A DNA stretch of 64,000 nucleotides from an uncultured archaeon (GCA_964342815.1 CAYFHS010000002.1:278282-342281), one strand, 5' to 3'. Shown: positions 19,663 through 30,036, counted from the stretch's first letter. Notes: generated by a model from the letters alone, not told the origin. Translations and numbers: made by a program.

Positions 19663-20235
19663 TTATTTCCTGCTTCCAGGTTTCTCCATCTCCACTCCCT
19701 GTGCACAGAGTGGACACTCCTCTTTTTCGTACTGCTCGAAATCGAGAAACACAAGCGAGTCGAAGGGCACCCCATCGAGATCCCGCATATTGTTCCTCCG
19801 TACCATGGAGCCCACTTTCAACACTTCCACTCCCGCCTTGCGGAGCAGCCGGACGACTTCTCTAACACTTCCTCCAGTGGTCACCACGTCCTCGATCACT
19901 GCCACTCTCGTCCCGGGAGCTACGTTGAGGCCTCTTCTAATGGTCATTTTACCATTCCGGTCCCTCTCCGCGAACACGAATGGGACTCCAAGTATGTCAG
20001 CCACCTTGTACCCGATGACCAGTGCGCCTATTGCCGGTGAGACAATACAGTCCAAAGATGGGAGATGTTCTATCAGCTCCAGCGCAAAGAATTCAACATC
20101 CTGTGGGTTCACCAGTGCTTTCGCACACTGTATGTAATTTTCTGAATGTAGCCCCGAGCTCAGCTGGAAATGACCGGACAACAGGGCTCCCGATTCCTTC
20201 AAGCGGTCCAATACTATTTGTTCATTGTCGCTCAC
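19663..20235 (-). CDS. pyrE: Orotate phosphoribosyltransferase
   Basis: GHFQLSSGLHS, FAER, PRPP-binding VAVIEDVVTTGGS. Confidence 0.95.
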   Translation of the reverse strand: MSDNEQIVLDRLKESGALLSGHFQLSSGLHSENYIQCAKALVNPQDVEFFALELIEHLPSLDCIVSPAIGALVIGYKVADILGVPFVFAERDRNGKMTIRRGLNVAPGTRVAVIEDVVTTGGSVREVVRLLRKAGVEVLKVGSMVRRNNMRDLDGVPFDSLVFLDFEQYEKEECPLCAQGVEMEKPGSRK

Positions 20236-21026
20236 AATACCCTCTCCATTGCCTGTTTTACAACTACGTTTATCTCAATTACCTTTTCCCGCGATGCTTC
20301 AAAGTACATTTTATCGCTTGAAGCATATATTATGGACCTCGAAGCATTGAAGATGAATTTGTCCTCCCCTATGGCCTCGATGGATCTCTCCACGGAACCC
20401 CCCTGTGCACCGATCCCCGGTACCAGAATAATGGAATTTCCCACTCTTTTTGATATCTCCGTCAGATATTCGAGTTTCGTGGCCCCGGCCACAGCTCCAC
20501 AATTCGCATAACGAGATATCTCGTCACTTATTTCCTGGTACAGCGGTTTTTTGCCATATAAAAAGAACTGCTCGCTGCCAGGATTCGACGTGAAATTCAG
20601 TACAAATAGATATTTGTCCTCGTAATCCAAAAACTCCTTGAGCGAAGAAAATCCCAGAAGAGGATTTATTGTGGTTGCATCCGCCCCGTAATACTCGAAT
20701 ATTTCCTTTGCATAAGCCTTGTTGGTATGGCCGATATCGCCTCTTTTCGCGTCCAGTATCAGTAATGTCCCGTACTCATGTATCAGATGGCAGATGAACT
20801 TCAACTGCTCTAGGCCTTGGGGCCCGTACTGCTCGAAGAACGCTATGTTGGGTTTGTAACCCACCACCAACTCGTGAGTAGCATCGATTATCTTTTGAAA
20901 GAAACCACCGATCCGGCCGACCTCAGCGTATCCCTGAGCCATTTTTTCCAGCACCGGGTCTAATCCCACCACCAGCCTGGAACCTGTTTTTAGCTTTCTA
21001 TCATTGATTTTCTTTATAAAATTCAT
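20232..21026 (-). CDS. pyrF: Orotidine-5'-phosphate decarboxylase
   Basis: VVGLDP, YKPNIAFFE, ILDAKRGDIGHT, LVPGIGAQGG, NASRSII. Confidence 0.95.
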   Translation of the reverse strand: MNFIKKINDRKLKTGSRLVVGLDPVLEKMAQGYAEVGRIGGFFQKIIDATHELVVGYKPNIAFFEQYGPQGLEQLKFICHLIHEYGTLLILDAKRGDIGHTNKAYAKEIFEYYGADATTINPLLGFSSLKEFLDYEDKYLFVLNFTSNPGSEQFFLYGKKPLYQEISDEISRYANCGAVAGATKLEYLTEISKRVGNSIILVPGIGAQGGSVERSIEAIGEDKFIFNASRSIIYASSDKMYFEASREKVIEINVVVKQAMERVL

Positions 21027-21922
21027 AGGAGCCCCCCCCTGATCTCATCCAGGCTGAGATTTTTTTCTTCTAAATAGTTTTGAAGTCCGGTTCTTATGTC
21101 TCCCACCAGGTCTGGGTTCTTGAAAAGCCCGCTTCCAACGGCAATGAGGTCCGCTCCCAAGAGGAAATATTCCAGAGCAGAAAGATGGTCCACGATGCCC
21201 CCGTGGGCTATCACAGGAATGTCAAGTTCTTTTTTTACTTCATATACCATTCTCAACCCCACAGGTCTGATGGCGGGACCTGACAATCCCCCGGTGACAT
21301 TTCCCAGCACAAATTTCCTTTTTATAGGGTCCACCTTTATCCCGGCCAGGGTATTTACGAGAGATAATGCATCTGCGCCGCCTTCCATCGCACTTCGCGC
21401 GATCTTCACTATATCAGGAGCATTTGGTGAAAGCTTTGCCACTAAGGGTTTAGAGATGACTTCCCTAACTTCTGATACTGCATTGAAGGTATCGTCGGGA
21501 ACATGGCAGAATCGCATGCCAGTATCCACGTTCGGACAAGAAAGATTAAGCTCGATGGCATCTACGTAATTTACCTCCCCTATGCTCTTGGCCATATGAA
21601 CCAGATCGCCCGTTTTCTCTCCGGCAATACTGACAATAATGTTTGTTCTGTGTGATTCGAGGTAAGGCAGTTCGTTTCCCAAGAAACTCTCGATCCCGGG
21701 ATTGGCGAGACCTATGGAGTTCATAATCCCGCAATCCGTTTCAGCGATCCGTGGATGAGGATTGCCTTTACGCGGCTCCCTGCTTATCGTTTTTGTGATA
21801 ATGCCGCCTACATTTTCGAGTCCTATCTCGTCATCGAACTCCCTTCCGTACTTCGCTATCCCTGATGCAAGAACAATGGGATTCCTGAATTCCATGCCCA
21901 GAAATTTGCACATCAGATTCAT
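21023..21922 (-). CDS. pyrD: Dihydroorotate dehydrogenase family 1B, catalytic subunit
   Basis: NPIVLASG, GNPHPRIAET, NSIGLANPG, ELNLSCPN, KLSPN, GGLSGPAIRP. Confidence 0.95.
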   Translation of the reverse strand: MNLMCKFLGMEFRNPIVLASGIAKYGREFDDEIGLENVGGIITKTISREPRKGNPHPRIAETDCGIMNSIGLANPGIESFLGNELPYLESHRTNIIVSIAGEKTGDLVHMAKSIGEVNYVDAIELNLSCPNVDTGMRFCHVPDDTFNAVSEVREVISKPLVAKLSPNAPDIVKIARSAMEGGADALSLVNTLAGIKVDPIKRKFVLGNVTGGLSGPAIRPVGLRMVYEVKKELDIPVIAHGGIVDHLSALEYFLLGADLIAVGSGLFKNPDLVGDIRTGLQNYLEEKNLSLDEIRGGLL

Positions 21923-22740
21923 TTAAAAACCACCTTTCTGTTGCTGTTAACCTCGAATGCAGGTCCGTCGGTACAGGCATCTTTCAATATCTCTTCACCA
22001 TTTTCCACCATTCTCACCGGACATCCCATGCACATGCCTCTTCCGCAGCCCATCCGCCTCTCCATCAGGAGATGGCCTTGTACATTCATTTCAATAATTA
22101 TCTCCTGGACGGCCTCCTGCATCTCTTCGGGCCCGCAGGATATAACATAATCCGGTTCATATCCTCTGCCCTCCATATATTTTTTGTAGAAATCCACCAC
22201 GGTCATCCCCATCTCATTGAAAGGTATGAGATGTACGTCCATTCCTCGAAATATATTTGGAAAGTTGAGGTGGAGCTTCAATGCATCGAAAAAATCTCTT
22301 TCTCCAGCCCCGAACAACAGGGAAATATCATCATATCTTCCTCGTCTCAAACACTCCCAGCAGAAGAAGTAGAGAGGCACAATTCCGACACCCCCGGCAA
22401 TCAGGTCGACCTTTTTTCCCGGGAAGTTCAATATTTCATCCAAACCATTACCGCGGGGACCCTTGAACCGAATCGCATCCCCTACATTTCTAAACAGTAG
22501 ATTGCGGGTACCCTTTCCCTTGATCTCGATCAACAGCTCAATGATGGTGCCCATGGCGTCCAGTATGGAAAAAGGTCGATCCAGGAAACAATCTTCACCG
22601 GTTTCAAGCATTATGAACTGGCCGGGCGCCGCCTGTAGTACATGATGGGAATCGATCCTCAGAAGAAGGTATGTACGGTTCGAACATTCGAACGTTGTTC
22701 TACCCACCAGTCTCCCTTCAAAAATAGAAGATGATCTCAT
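21919..22740 (-). CDS. pyrK: Dihydroorotate dehydrogenase electron-transfer subunit
   Basis: PGQFIML, RPFSI, GPRGNG, AGGVGIVP, CGPEEM, 2Fe-2S motif MGCGRGMCMGC...C. Confidence 0.93.
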   Translation of the reverse strand: MRSSSIFEGRLVGRTTFECSNRTYLLLRIDSHHVLQAAPGQFIMLETGEDCFLDRPFSILDAMGTIIELLIEIKGKGTRNLLFRNVGDAIRFKGPRGNGLDEILNFPGKKVDLIAGGVGIVPLYFFCWECLRRGRYDDISLLFGAGERDFFDALKLHLNFPNIFRGMDVHLIPFNEMGMTVVDFYKKYMEGRGYEPDYVISCGPEEMQEAVQEIIIEMNVQGHLLMERRMGCGRGMCMGCPVRMVENGEEILKDACTDGPAFEVNSNRKVVFK

Positions 22741-23996
22741 TTTCGATACCTCCTCCTGTAAATCCGGCCCTCCTTGACGACCATCTCGATCCTCCCGGCA
22801 AATTTTTTCCCAATGAACGGATTGTTCTTACCCTTCGATAACAGGTCCCTTTCATTCAGTATGTAATCACCCTTTTTTATCACCATGAAAGAAGCATTGC
22901 TGCCAACCTCTATTGTCTCAGAGGGAACCGAAAGCAGCGAGGCGGGGTTGAAGGACGTAAGCATATTATACTGGTCGTAGCTGATATTTCCCGTCATTAT
23001 TAGGTGAGTGTATATGTTTAAGAAGAAAGAATCGAAACCGGAAAAGCCATAGGCTGCATCGGCCACCGTGCATCTTTTTTCATTCATGGCATGCGGTGCG
23101 TGATCGCTTGCCACCATATCGATCTTCCCGTCTATTAATGCATGCAGGAGATATTTTCGCGTTTTCTCTGTCCTCAAAGGTGGATTGACCTTGTAAAATC
23201 CATCCCTGTAATCGATATCGTCCGTTGATAGAAACAGATGATGTGGCGTAACCTCGCAAGTGATGGGCAAACCCGCGCTCTTTGCATCTACCACTCTCTC
23301 AACCCCTTGAACAGACGAAACGTGGCAGATATGCAGCTTTGAGCCCACCTCACCAGCCACCCTTATATTCCTTTTGATGATGCAGACTTCATCTTCTTCC
23401 GTAACCGAGGAAATCTTCAGCGATTCAGTTTTTCCGGTCCTTTCCATGTATCCCGATGAAGGATTGTTTTCACAATGACTCATCACCGTCTTTCCGCACC
23501 TCTTCGCCTCCCAAAAGACCTTTCTAAGCATCATTTCGTCTGCAATGGTATTGCCGTCATCGCTGAGTGCGCGGACACAGTCCGGGTACTTGTCGATCGG
23601 CGCCATTGTCCTGCCCATTAGTCCCACAGTAGCGGCTCCGTTGATATTTATCTCCGACGCGCCAAGGACGCGTGCTTTCTCCTCGATAGACCTGATCATA
23701 TCGGGCCCATCTAGAACGGGTGAGGTGTTTGCCATCACGGCAACCCTGGAGATACCATTAAGAAGGGCGGCTTTGAGGCCGGATTCCAGGCCTTCCTTGT
23801 ATACCTGCCCCGGTTCTCGAAGATGAGCGTGCACGTCTATCATCAGGGGATATATCTCCATACCGCCAAGGTCGATGAAAGTATCCGATTTTTCCAGCTC
23901 ATTTGTTCCCGAGGGGACTATAGCCGTGATCATGGAATCCCGGACGTGCATATCCACCAGCTCACCTCTGAGAAGTGCTCTCGAAAAGCCTTTCAT
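22737..23996 (-). CDS. pyrC: Dihydroorotase
   Basis: DVHAHLREPG, HICHVSS, CEVTPHHL, KVNPPLR, ASDHAPH. Confidence 0.95.
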   Translation of the reverse strand: MKGFSRALLRGELVDMHVRDSMITAIVPSGTNELEKSDTFIDLGGMEIYPLMIDVHAHLREPGQVYKEGLESGLKAALLNGISRVAVMANTSPVLDGPDMIRSIEEKARVLGASEININGAATVGLMGRTMAPIDKYPDCVRALSDDGNTIADEMMLRKVFWEAKRCGKTVMSHCENNPSSGYMERTGKTESLKISSVTEEDEVCIIKRNIRVAGEVGSKLHICHVSSVQGVERVVDAKSAGLPITCEVTPHHLFLSTDDIDYRDGFYKVNPPLRTEKTRKYLLHALIDGKIDMVASDHAPHAMNEKRCTVADAAYGFSGFDSFFLNIYTHLIMTGNISYDQYNMLTSFNPASLLSVPSETIEVGSNASFMVIKKGDYILNERDLLSKGKNNPFIGKKFAGRIEMVVKEGRIYRRRYRK

Positions 23997-24344
23997 TCTA
24001 TGCCACCCCTGTGAATTGATCTACCGAGCGTAAAATTGTAAAAATAAATCATACTGTCAAAAGGTTGGCGCTGTCCAAGTCCCCTCGAAAAAAAATATCC
24101 TTGGGAGGACATGCAATCGCACATAAATTCCGGGTAGTTACGGAAGAAAACCATATTAGAAGAGAATGAGGGGAGACCACGGTTATTAACTTATCGCGTA
24201 ATTTTTTCACCCCGAACAGATTGGGTGGAAAGACGGTCTTCCCTTAAAATAAACATAATTTCCATTCGTGTAGTAAACCTTTATATCATTGAATACATTA
24301 ACACCCGAATATTTTTCGGAGAATCCGAAAGAGGAGGAATTAAG

Positions 24345-25088
24345 TTGGGGAGAAAGAAGAAGGTATCCCGAGCCCAGATGAGAAAGGCAAAGGACAGATG
24401 GAAATCTAAAGAATGGTACAATATTTACTCGCCCGTCATGTTCAACAAATCCGAGATTGGCACTACCATGAGCAATGATGCTCAAAGTGTAGTCGGAAGG
24501 ACTCTCGATTCAACTCTGCACGAGATCACGGGTGATTTTTCAAAGATACATATCAAACTGAAGTTCAAGATTAACGATGTAGTGGGAAGCGACGCCCATA
24601 CCAAATTCATCGGACACTGTTTGACAAGCGATTATATCCGGAGATTGACCCGGAGGAAAAGATCCAAAATGGATGCAGTTTTCGACGTTCTCACCAAAGA
24701 CGGTTATCTAGTCCGGGTGAAACCCCTGGCCATGACCGAACATAGAATACAATCGTCACAGAAAAGGGCGATCCGCGAAAAGATGAAAGAAGTCGTGGAG
24801 GGTTTCGCGAAAGATAATATCATGAGCGAGTTCGTAAAAGGCATGGTATTCGGCAAACTCCCCGTGGAGATCTTTCGCGTCTGCAAGAAGATATATCCCA
24901 TGAAACGGATCGAGATCCGGAAATCCGAGATCTTAAAATCACCAGCCAGCACACCGGATGAGGGATTGGAGGAAGAAAAACCCGAGGAAACGGAAGATTC
25001 TGGTGAAACCGAAACGGATGCTGCAGCGGCTACAGATGAGCCCGAGGAAGAAGTTACTGCAGACGCTGAGATACCTCCGGACGAGTAG
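24345..25088 (+). CDS. rps3ae: 30S ribosomal protein S3Ae (eS1) with acidic C-terminal tail
   Basis: KDRWKSKEWYNIYSP, DYIRRLTRRKRSKMD, KKIYPMKRIEIRK; TTG start at 24345 follows a GAGGAGG RBS (the track start at 24225 is too far upstream). Confidence 0.95.
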   Translation: MGRKKKVSRAQMRKAKDRWKSKEWYNIYSPVMFNKSEIGTTMSNDAQSVVGRTLDSTLHEITGDFSKIHIKLKFKINDVVGSDAHTKFIGHCLTSDYIRRLTRRKRSKMDAVFDVLTKDGYLVRVKPLAMTEHRIQSSQKRAIREKMKEVVEGFAKDNIMSEFVKGMVFGKLPVEIFRVCKKIYPMKRIEIRKSEILKSPASTPDEGLEEEKPEETEDSGETETDAAAATDEPEEEVTADAEIPPDE

Positions 25089-25163
25089 AAAATAGCTCTG
25101 CTCACGATATCGGGAACAGTTTCTTTCTCTTGCCGGGTGATTTGGCGTCATTAAAGTGGTATT

Positions 25164-26051
25164 ATGGACAATGAGATTCTGGCCAAGTACAGGAAAGCGG
25201 GGAAGATCGCGGGAAAGGCCAGAAAATTCGGACTTAGCCTTATTAAAGAAGGAACTTTGTTTCTGGAAGTTGCTGAAGCTATCGAAAAGAAGATAGTCGA
25301 TCTTGGCGGCAATATAGGTTTTCCTACTAATATCGCAGTTGACGAGCAGGCGGCTCACTACACTCCTCGCATTGATGATGAACTTAGGTTCCGGAGGAAA
25401 ATGGTGGTAAAACTGGATGTAGGCGTCCACGTGGACGGCTACATCGGCGATACGGCATCCACGGTGGAGGTGGGGAGCAACGACAGCAGAATGTTGATAC
25501 AGGCCAGCAGAGAAGCTTTGCTGAATGCACTGGATATAGTAAGAGGGGGCGTGGGGCTTGGCATGATTGCTGCCACTATCGAGGATACGATACGATCTTT
25601 CGGTTTCAGGCCAATATCGAATCTTACAGGGCACGGTCTGGGGCAGTATAAACTGCACACGGGTGTTGCCATTCCAAACGTGCGTGGGCCGGAAAAGGAC
25701 GTGCTGAAAGCAGGTGAGGTGGTTGCCATCGAACCCTTTGCCACCAACGGTGAAGGTTGGGTGAAAGAGACTGACGCCAGCCATATATACCAGTTCATCC
25801 GGGAAAAGAGGGTGAAGGATGCCAGTGCCCGCGAACTTCTGGGCTTCATTTCCGGGAAATGGCCGGCACTACCTTTCTCTGAGAGGTGGTGTCGAGAATT
25901 CATGGAACGACCGGCCCCGGCTCTTACGAGACTTGTCAGGTCGAGGGCCATATCGTCATACCCGATACTTCGGGACCGGGGCGGCGGAATGGTGTCCCAG
26001 GCGGAACATACTCTTCTAGTTACCGACGACGGGTGCGAGATACTTACCTGA
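25164..26051 (+). CDS. map: Methionine aminopeptidase type II
   Basis: FPTNIA..AAHYTP, KLDVGVHVDGYIGDTA, LTGHGL, AIEPFAT, QAEHT. Confidence 0.96.
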   Translation: MDNEILAKYRKAGKIAGKARKFGLSLIKEGTLFLEVAEAIEKKIVDLGGNIGFPTNIAVDEQAAHYTPRIDDELRFRRKMVVKLDVGVHVDGYIGDTASTVEVGSNDSRMLIQASREALLNALDIVRGGVGLGMIAATIEDTIRSFGFRPISNLTGHGLGQYKLHTGVAIPNVRGPEKDVLKAGEVVAIEPFATNGEGWVKETDASHIYQFIREKRVKDASARELLGFISGKWPALPFSERWCREFMERPAPALTRLVRSRAISSYPILRDRGGGMVSQAEHTLLVTDDGCEILT

Positions 26052-26090
26052 ATAATATAAAATTACTATCATTATTTTGATTATGGGGGC

Positions 26091-27428
26091 ATGATGGTGA
26101 GTAAAGTTGAAGGATCATCTATCGGGGAATATGTGAATATCGCAGATGTGCTGACCGGGAAGCATACGGACCGGATGGTTAGCTTGCGCGGTTGGATTTA
26201 CCGCACCCGCTCGTCTGGGCGACTCGTGTTCCCGGTGATCAGAGACCGTTCCGGCCAGATACAGTGCACGGTTTTCAAAGGAAGTGTGTCGCAGGATGAT
26301 TTCAAGGCGGCCAAGAAAGCACTTGTGGAATCCAGTGTCGTGATCAGCGGTAAAGCGGTGGAAGATAAGAGGGCGCCGGGGGGTTTCGAGATACAGGTCG
26401 AGAATTTCACCGTTGTCCATTTCGCGGAAGTTTTTCCTATAACGAAGGACCAGAGCATCGAGTTCCTGGCGGATAAGCGGCACCTCTGGCTCAGAAGCAC
26501 GAAGATGACCGCGGTACTGAAGTTGAGAAGCACAGTATTCGGAGCGATTCACGAATATTTCCGCAGCGAAGGTTTTTACGAGTACCAGAGCCCCATATTC
26601 CAGGCGGTGCAGTGCGAGGGCGGCTCCACCCTCTTCAACGTGGATTATTTCAAACAAAAAGGGATATTCCTGGCTCAAACCTGGCAGCTGTATGCGGAGC
26701 CGGCCATCTTCAGCCTGGAAAAGATATATACAATTGCACCGTCCTTCAGGGCCGAGAAATCAAAGACGTCGCGCCATCTTACCGAATACTGGCACGCTGA
26801 GATGGAGATGGCATGGTCCACTTTCGACGGTATAATCCGCCACGGCGAGGCTTTAATCAAGCATGTGATCAGCAGGGTACTTGCGGAAAATGGAAAGGAG
26901 CTGGAGATACTGGGTCGTGATATCGGTAAACTTGAGCCTAGTCTCAACAAACCCTTCGTAAGAATGACATACGACGAGGCTATCGAACTGCTGCGTGAGA
27001 AGAGCGGTATTGATGTGGCCTGGGGCAAGGACCTGAGAACCGTGGAAGAAGATGAGATTGTTAAGAATTTCGACCGTTTCGTCATCGTGACCCATTATCC
27101 GAAATCGGTGAAAGCGTTCTACATGAAGGAAGACCCGGATAATCCCGAGGTCGTTTTTGGTACGGATTTCCTTGCACCGGAAGGATACGGGGAGATAATC
27201 GGCGGAAGCCAGAGAGAGGAGAAGCTGGAGGAGATAGAGCGTAAGCTCGTGGAGATGGGGGAGAAAGTGGAAGAATACAGTTTCTATCTCGATACCAGAA
27301 GATACGGTTCGGTCCCCCACGGCGGTTTCGGCATGGGGGTGGAACGATTGATATCGTGGCTGTGCGGGCTGGAGAATATAAAGGACGCCATCCCCTTCCC
27401 AAGAACACTTACGAGATATTATCCATAG
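26091..27428 (+). CDS. asnS: Asparagine--tRNA ligase
   Basis: OB-fold anticodon domain, RHLWLRS, FRAEKSKTSRHLTEYW, EIIGGSQRE, PHGGFGMGVER. Confidence 0.9.
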   Translation: MMVSKVEGSSIGEYVNIADVLTGKHTDRMVSLRGWIYRTRSSGRLVFPVIRDRSGQIQCTVFKGSVSQDDFKAAKKALVESSVVISGKAVEDKRAPGGFEIQVENFTVVHFAEVFPITKDQSIEFLADKRHLWLRSTKMTAVLKLRSTVFGAIHEYFRSEGFYEYQSPIFQAVQCEGGSTLFNVDYFKQKGIFLAQTWQLYAEPAIFSLEKIYTIAPSFRAEKSKTSRHLTEYWHAEMEMAWSTFDGIIRHGEALIKHVISRVLAENGKELEILGRDIGKLEPSLNKPFVRMTYDEAIELLREKSGIDVAWGKDLRTVEEDEIVKNFDRFVIVTHYPKSVKAFYMKEDPDNPEVVFGTDFLAPEGYGEIIGGSQREEKLEEIERKLVEMGEKVEEYSFYLDTRRYGSVPHGGFGMGVERLISWLCGLENIKDAIPFPRTLTRYYP

Positions 27429-27495
27429 ATACAATTCATTATATAGATTGGGGAATTATACACTTTAAGGACATTTAAAATTCAGCGGTGATAAG

Positions 27496-27939
27496 ATGCA
27501 CGAGCTCGTAGGGAAATATGTCAAGGACACGAATGACATCGAACTGGGTACGATAGTTGATCTCAAAGATGGCTTTTTTGAGATAGAAGAAGGAGTTTTC
27601 GGAACCTTCTTCCTTGATGTGGCCATGGTGGTCGCAGTGGGCGAAGACGTCGGACTGGATGCAAGCATTCAAACAGTTTTGCACAACAAGAAGGTGCTAG
27701 ACAAGGAAGGGGAAGAATTGGGAACTGTACACGATGTTATGGAAGCCGACGATGTCATGGATTTTATACTAGTGGCGGTTGGTGAAAATTTGTTCTCAAT
27801 CCCCATCGAGAACCTTCATAGGATCGGTGACGATCTTGAGCTTAACATCGACAGGGAGGAAGCGGAATATATTCAGGAGGAGCACAGTTTCCGCGAAGAG
27901 ATCGTCCACAGGATCAAGGGTTTTCTGCATCTTGATTGA
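27496..27939 (+). CDS. Tandem PRC-barrel domain protein
   Basis: Two repeats: LVGKYVKDTNDIELGTIVD and KKVLDKEGEELGTVHDV. Confidence 0.7.
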   Translation: MHELVGKYVKDTNDIELGTIVDLKDGFFEIEEGVFGTFFLDVAMVVAVGEDVGLDASIQTVLHNKKVLDKEGEELGTVHDVMEADDVMDFILVAVGENLFSIPIENLHRIGDDLELNIDREEAEYIQEEHSFREEIVHRIKGFLHLD

Positions 27940-28333
27940 TTTTATTACGAAGGACCCTTGGCGGTAGAGGGCCCCGCGGCTCACTTTCAAGTCTCATCAA
28001 ACCGACTCTTATTAGTATTTCGATGAAGGTCCAGACCCGTTTCGAGACCGGCTCTACTCTTTCCTTGAACTCCTCGTCCATGACGGCGCAGATCTCGGCA
28101 AAGCTTTTTCTACCGTCACAGAGTAACCATATACGCGTTCCCAGCTCGTCCAGGGGCCGTCGAATATGGCTCACTCCTCCTAATTTTCGATATAGGAATC
28201 TCTCGAATGCACGAAACTCTTTTTTGTAGGTGATGACGACCTTCCCGTTCTCCATTTTCCAGTGAACGGGATTCCTCGTTGGATAAATAGCGGAAAGTTT
28301 TTCGAGATTTTCGTCCGTACCCGGTCCCGACAT
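27914..28333 (-). CDS. PqqD-like (RiPP recognition element fold) protein
   Basis: LDELGTRIWLLCDGRKSFAEIC...FIEILIRVGL matches the PqqD winged-helix pattern. Confidence 0.7.
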   Translation of the reverse strand: MSGPGTDENLEKLSAIYPTRNPVHWKMENGKVVITYKKEFRAFERFLYRKLGGVSHIRRPLDELGTRIWLLCDGRKSFAEICAVMDEEFKERVEPVSKRVWTFIEILIRVGLMRLESEPRGPLPPRVLRNKINQDAENP

Positions 28334-28376
28334 CCAAAATCACCTTTTCCTCTACAATAACCGAGTTTTCTCGATC

Positions 28377-29660
28377 CTATAATTCCACCTTTTGGAACTT
28401 TTCCCTGCCGCCAAGGGGCATGGTGGCATCGAATATCGCCTTTGCGGTGTAGCCGTCGGGACTGCTGGGATCGAGAGACGAACCCCGCTGAGCCTTAATA
28501 ATTTTCAGATCATTATCGGACTGGAACCGCGTTGCCATCGCCCACTCGAGTTCCTGCGCTGAGAAAATATCGATATCATCGTCAACCACGGAAACGTGCT
28601 TCATGGAGGTATGGGCTCCGAGGGCCAGTTCACCTGCCCGCATTCCATCGTCCTCGTTTCGCTTTTCGATTGAGACCGCTCCGTGCAGCCACGAGCATCC
28701 TCCCGGGGTTAGAAAAACGTTTTTTACGTCCAATCCACTGTTTTTCAGCACGTCGTAGATCCTGGCTTCCCGGGGCATGCCCATCAGGAGAAAATGCTCG
28801 TAACCGCCTGGGAGAATTGCGTGAAATAAGGGTTCGTCACGGTGGTATATACGGTCGATCTTGAGAACCGGTTGTTGTCTTATGCGGTCCCGGGTTCCGG
28901 TTATATCCACAAAAGGACCTTCGTCTCCCTGTTGTGCGGTAAGACGTCCAAGCAAAACATACTCGCTGCCGACCGGGACAGCGCATCCGTTCTCCATTTC
29001 ATACAGTTCGATATCCCCGTTTCCGATAATTCGTGAAATGGAATTTGCGATTTTGTATTCCTCCATATCCGGACCTACCGATATGGCTCCGGCGATGGCA
29101 ACCTCCGGCGGAACGCCTATGGCTATTGCCACGGCAAGCTCGTTTCCTGCTTCCACAGAAGCCTGGTATCGGCGGTAAAGGTCCCGCTCCACCAGCCTTA
29201 CCGTTCCCGTGTCGCTGCCGGTGATCATGACCCGGTGATATGATATATTATTGTTATCAAGGACTCCGGCCGAGAATATCGAAGCCGTGAGATAGGGCCC
29301 GCCGTCACCAGGGTAGAAAATGGGTATCGGGAGAGCTCCGAGATCAACGGGGGATATCTCGTTTTTAAGGAAAGGGGCGTCATCCACGATTCGCGGGTTC
29401 GAGGGTTCCCGAATCGCTCTCGATATGAGAGGCAGCAGGTCGGCGGGAGTGGCGGAGAGGCATTCGGATACGAAGTTACGGTCGGCGTAGAGGTTGGCGC
29501 AGACCTTCGTGCCGTTTACGTTGTGAAATAACAGAGGTGTTTTGCCTTGGCGCGCGATGATTCGGGAGAGCTCCAGCTCCGGTGATACTTTTTCCGATAA
29601 CTCTACGATATCACTGCATCGTTCGATACAAGTACGAAAGTTCATATTATCCGTTCCCAA
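28377..29660 (-). CDS. UbiD-family prFMN-dependent decarboxylase, possibly anhydromevalonate-phosphate decarboxylase
   Basis: DGGPYLTA, NISYHR, DEGPFVDITG, GGCSWLHG, VVDDDIDI, WAMATRFQ, GSSLDPS. Confidence 0.85.
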   Translation of the reverse strand: MGTDNMNFRTCIERCSDIVELSEKVSPELELSRIIARQGKTPLLFHNVNGTKVCANLYADRNFVSECLSATPADLLPLISRAIREPSNPRIVDDAPFLKNEISPVDLGALPIPIFYPGDGGPYLTASIFSAGVLDNNNISYHRVMITGSDTGTVRLVERDLYRRYQASVEAGNELAVAIAIGVPPEVAIAGAISVGPDMEEYKIANSISRIIGNGDIELYEMENGCAVPVGSEYVLLGRLTAQQGDEGPFVDITGTRDRIRQQPVLKIDRIYHRDEPLFHAILPGGYEHFLLMGMPREARIYDVLKNSGLDVKNVFLTPGGCSWLHGAVSIEKRNEDDGMRAGELALGAHTSMKHVSVVDDDIDIFSAQELEWAMATRFQSDNDLKIIKAQRGSSLDPSSPDGYTAKAIFDATMPLGGREKFQKVEL

Positions 29661-29792
29661 CAGCCGTTCAATAGAAAGAAAACTCGCTTCATACTATTAA
29701 AACGTGTTTATCGAAATACCAAGACGTTTACCGAACTTCCTTTATGTGAAATAGAAATCAAGCAAAATGAAAATATAGGAAATTTATATTAA

Positions 29793-29808
29793 GTTATAAC
29801 GTTATAAC
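29793..29808. promoter_or_regulatory. Perfect 16-bp palindrome, probable VapBC autoregulatory operator
   Basis: GTTATAACGTTATAAC between a TATA-like TTTATATT (29783-29790) and the antitoxin ATG (29815). Confidence 0.6.
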
Positions 29809-29814
29809 ATTAAT

Positions 29815-30036
29815 ATGGCGAAAATGTTTGATGCAAAGCTGCGTCCAGTAGGAAATTCACTGGGTTTTATAGTTCCAAAAGAAATCATAAAAGGTAATGG
29901 ATATCAAAAAGGCGATATTATCCATGTTGCCATTCCATCGAATGATCTGGAGCACCGTAACGATAAACTGAAAAATATAGCTGGCATTTATTCTGACAAA
30001 CCTCGATTTGAGAGAGAAAAGGGAGATCGTTTTTAA
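29815..30036 (+). CDS. vapB: AbrB/MazE-fold antitoxin (VapB)
   Basis: KLRPVGNSLGFIVPKE swapped-hairpin motif; overlaps the PIN gene by 1 bp. Confidence 0.8.
   Translation: MAKMFDAKLRPVGNSLGFIVPKEIIKGNGYQKGDIIHVAIPSNDLEHRNDKLKNIAGIYSDKPRFEREKGDRF

Noticed and set aside
23997-24344. PyrR-type attenuator upstream of the pyr operon
   Set aside because: No PyrR binding-loop consensus or terminator/antiterminator pair is recognisable.
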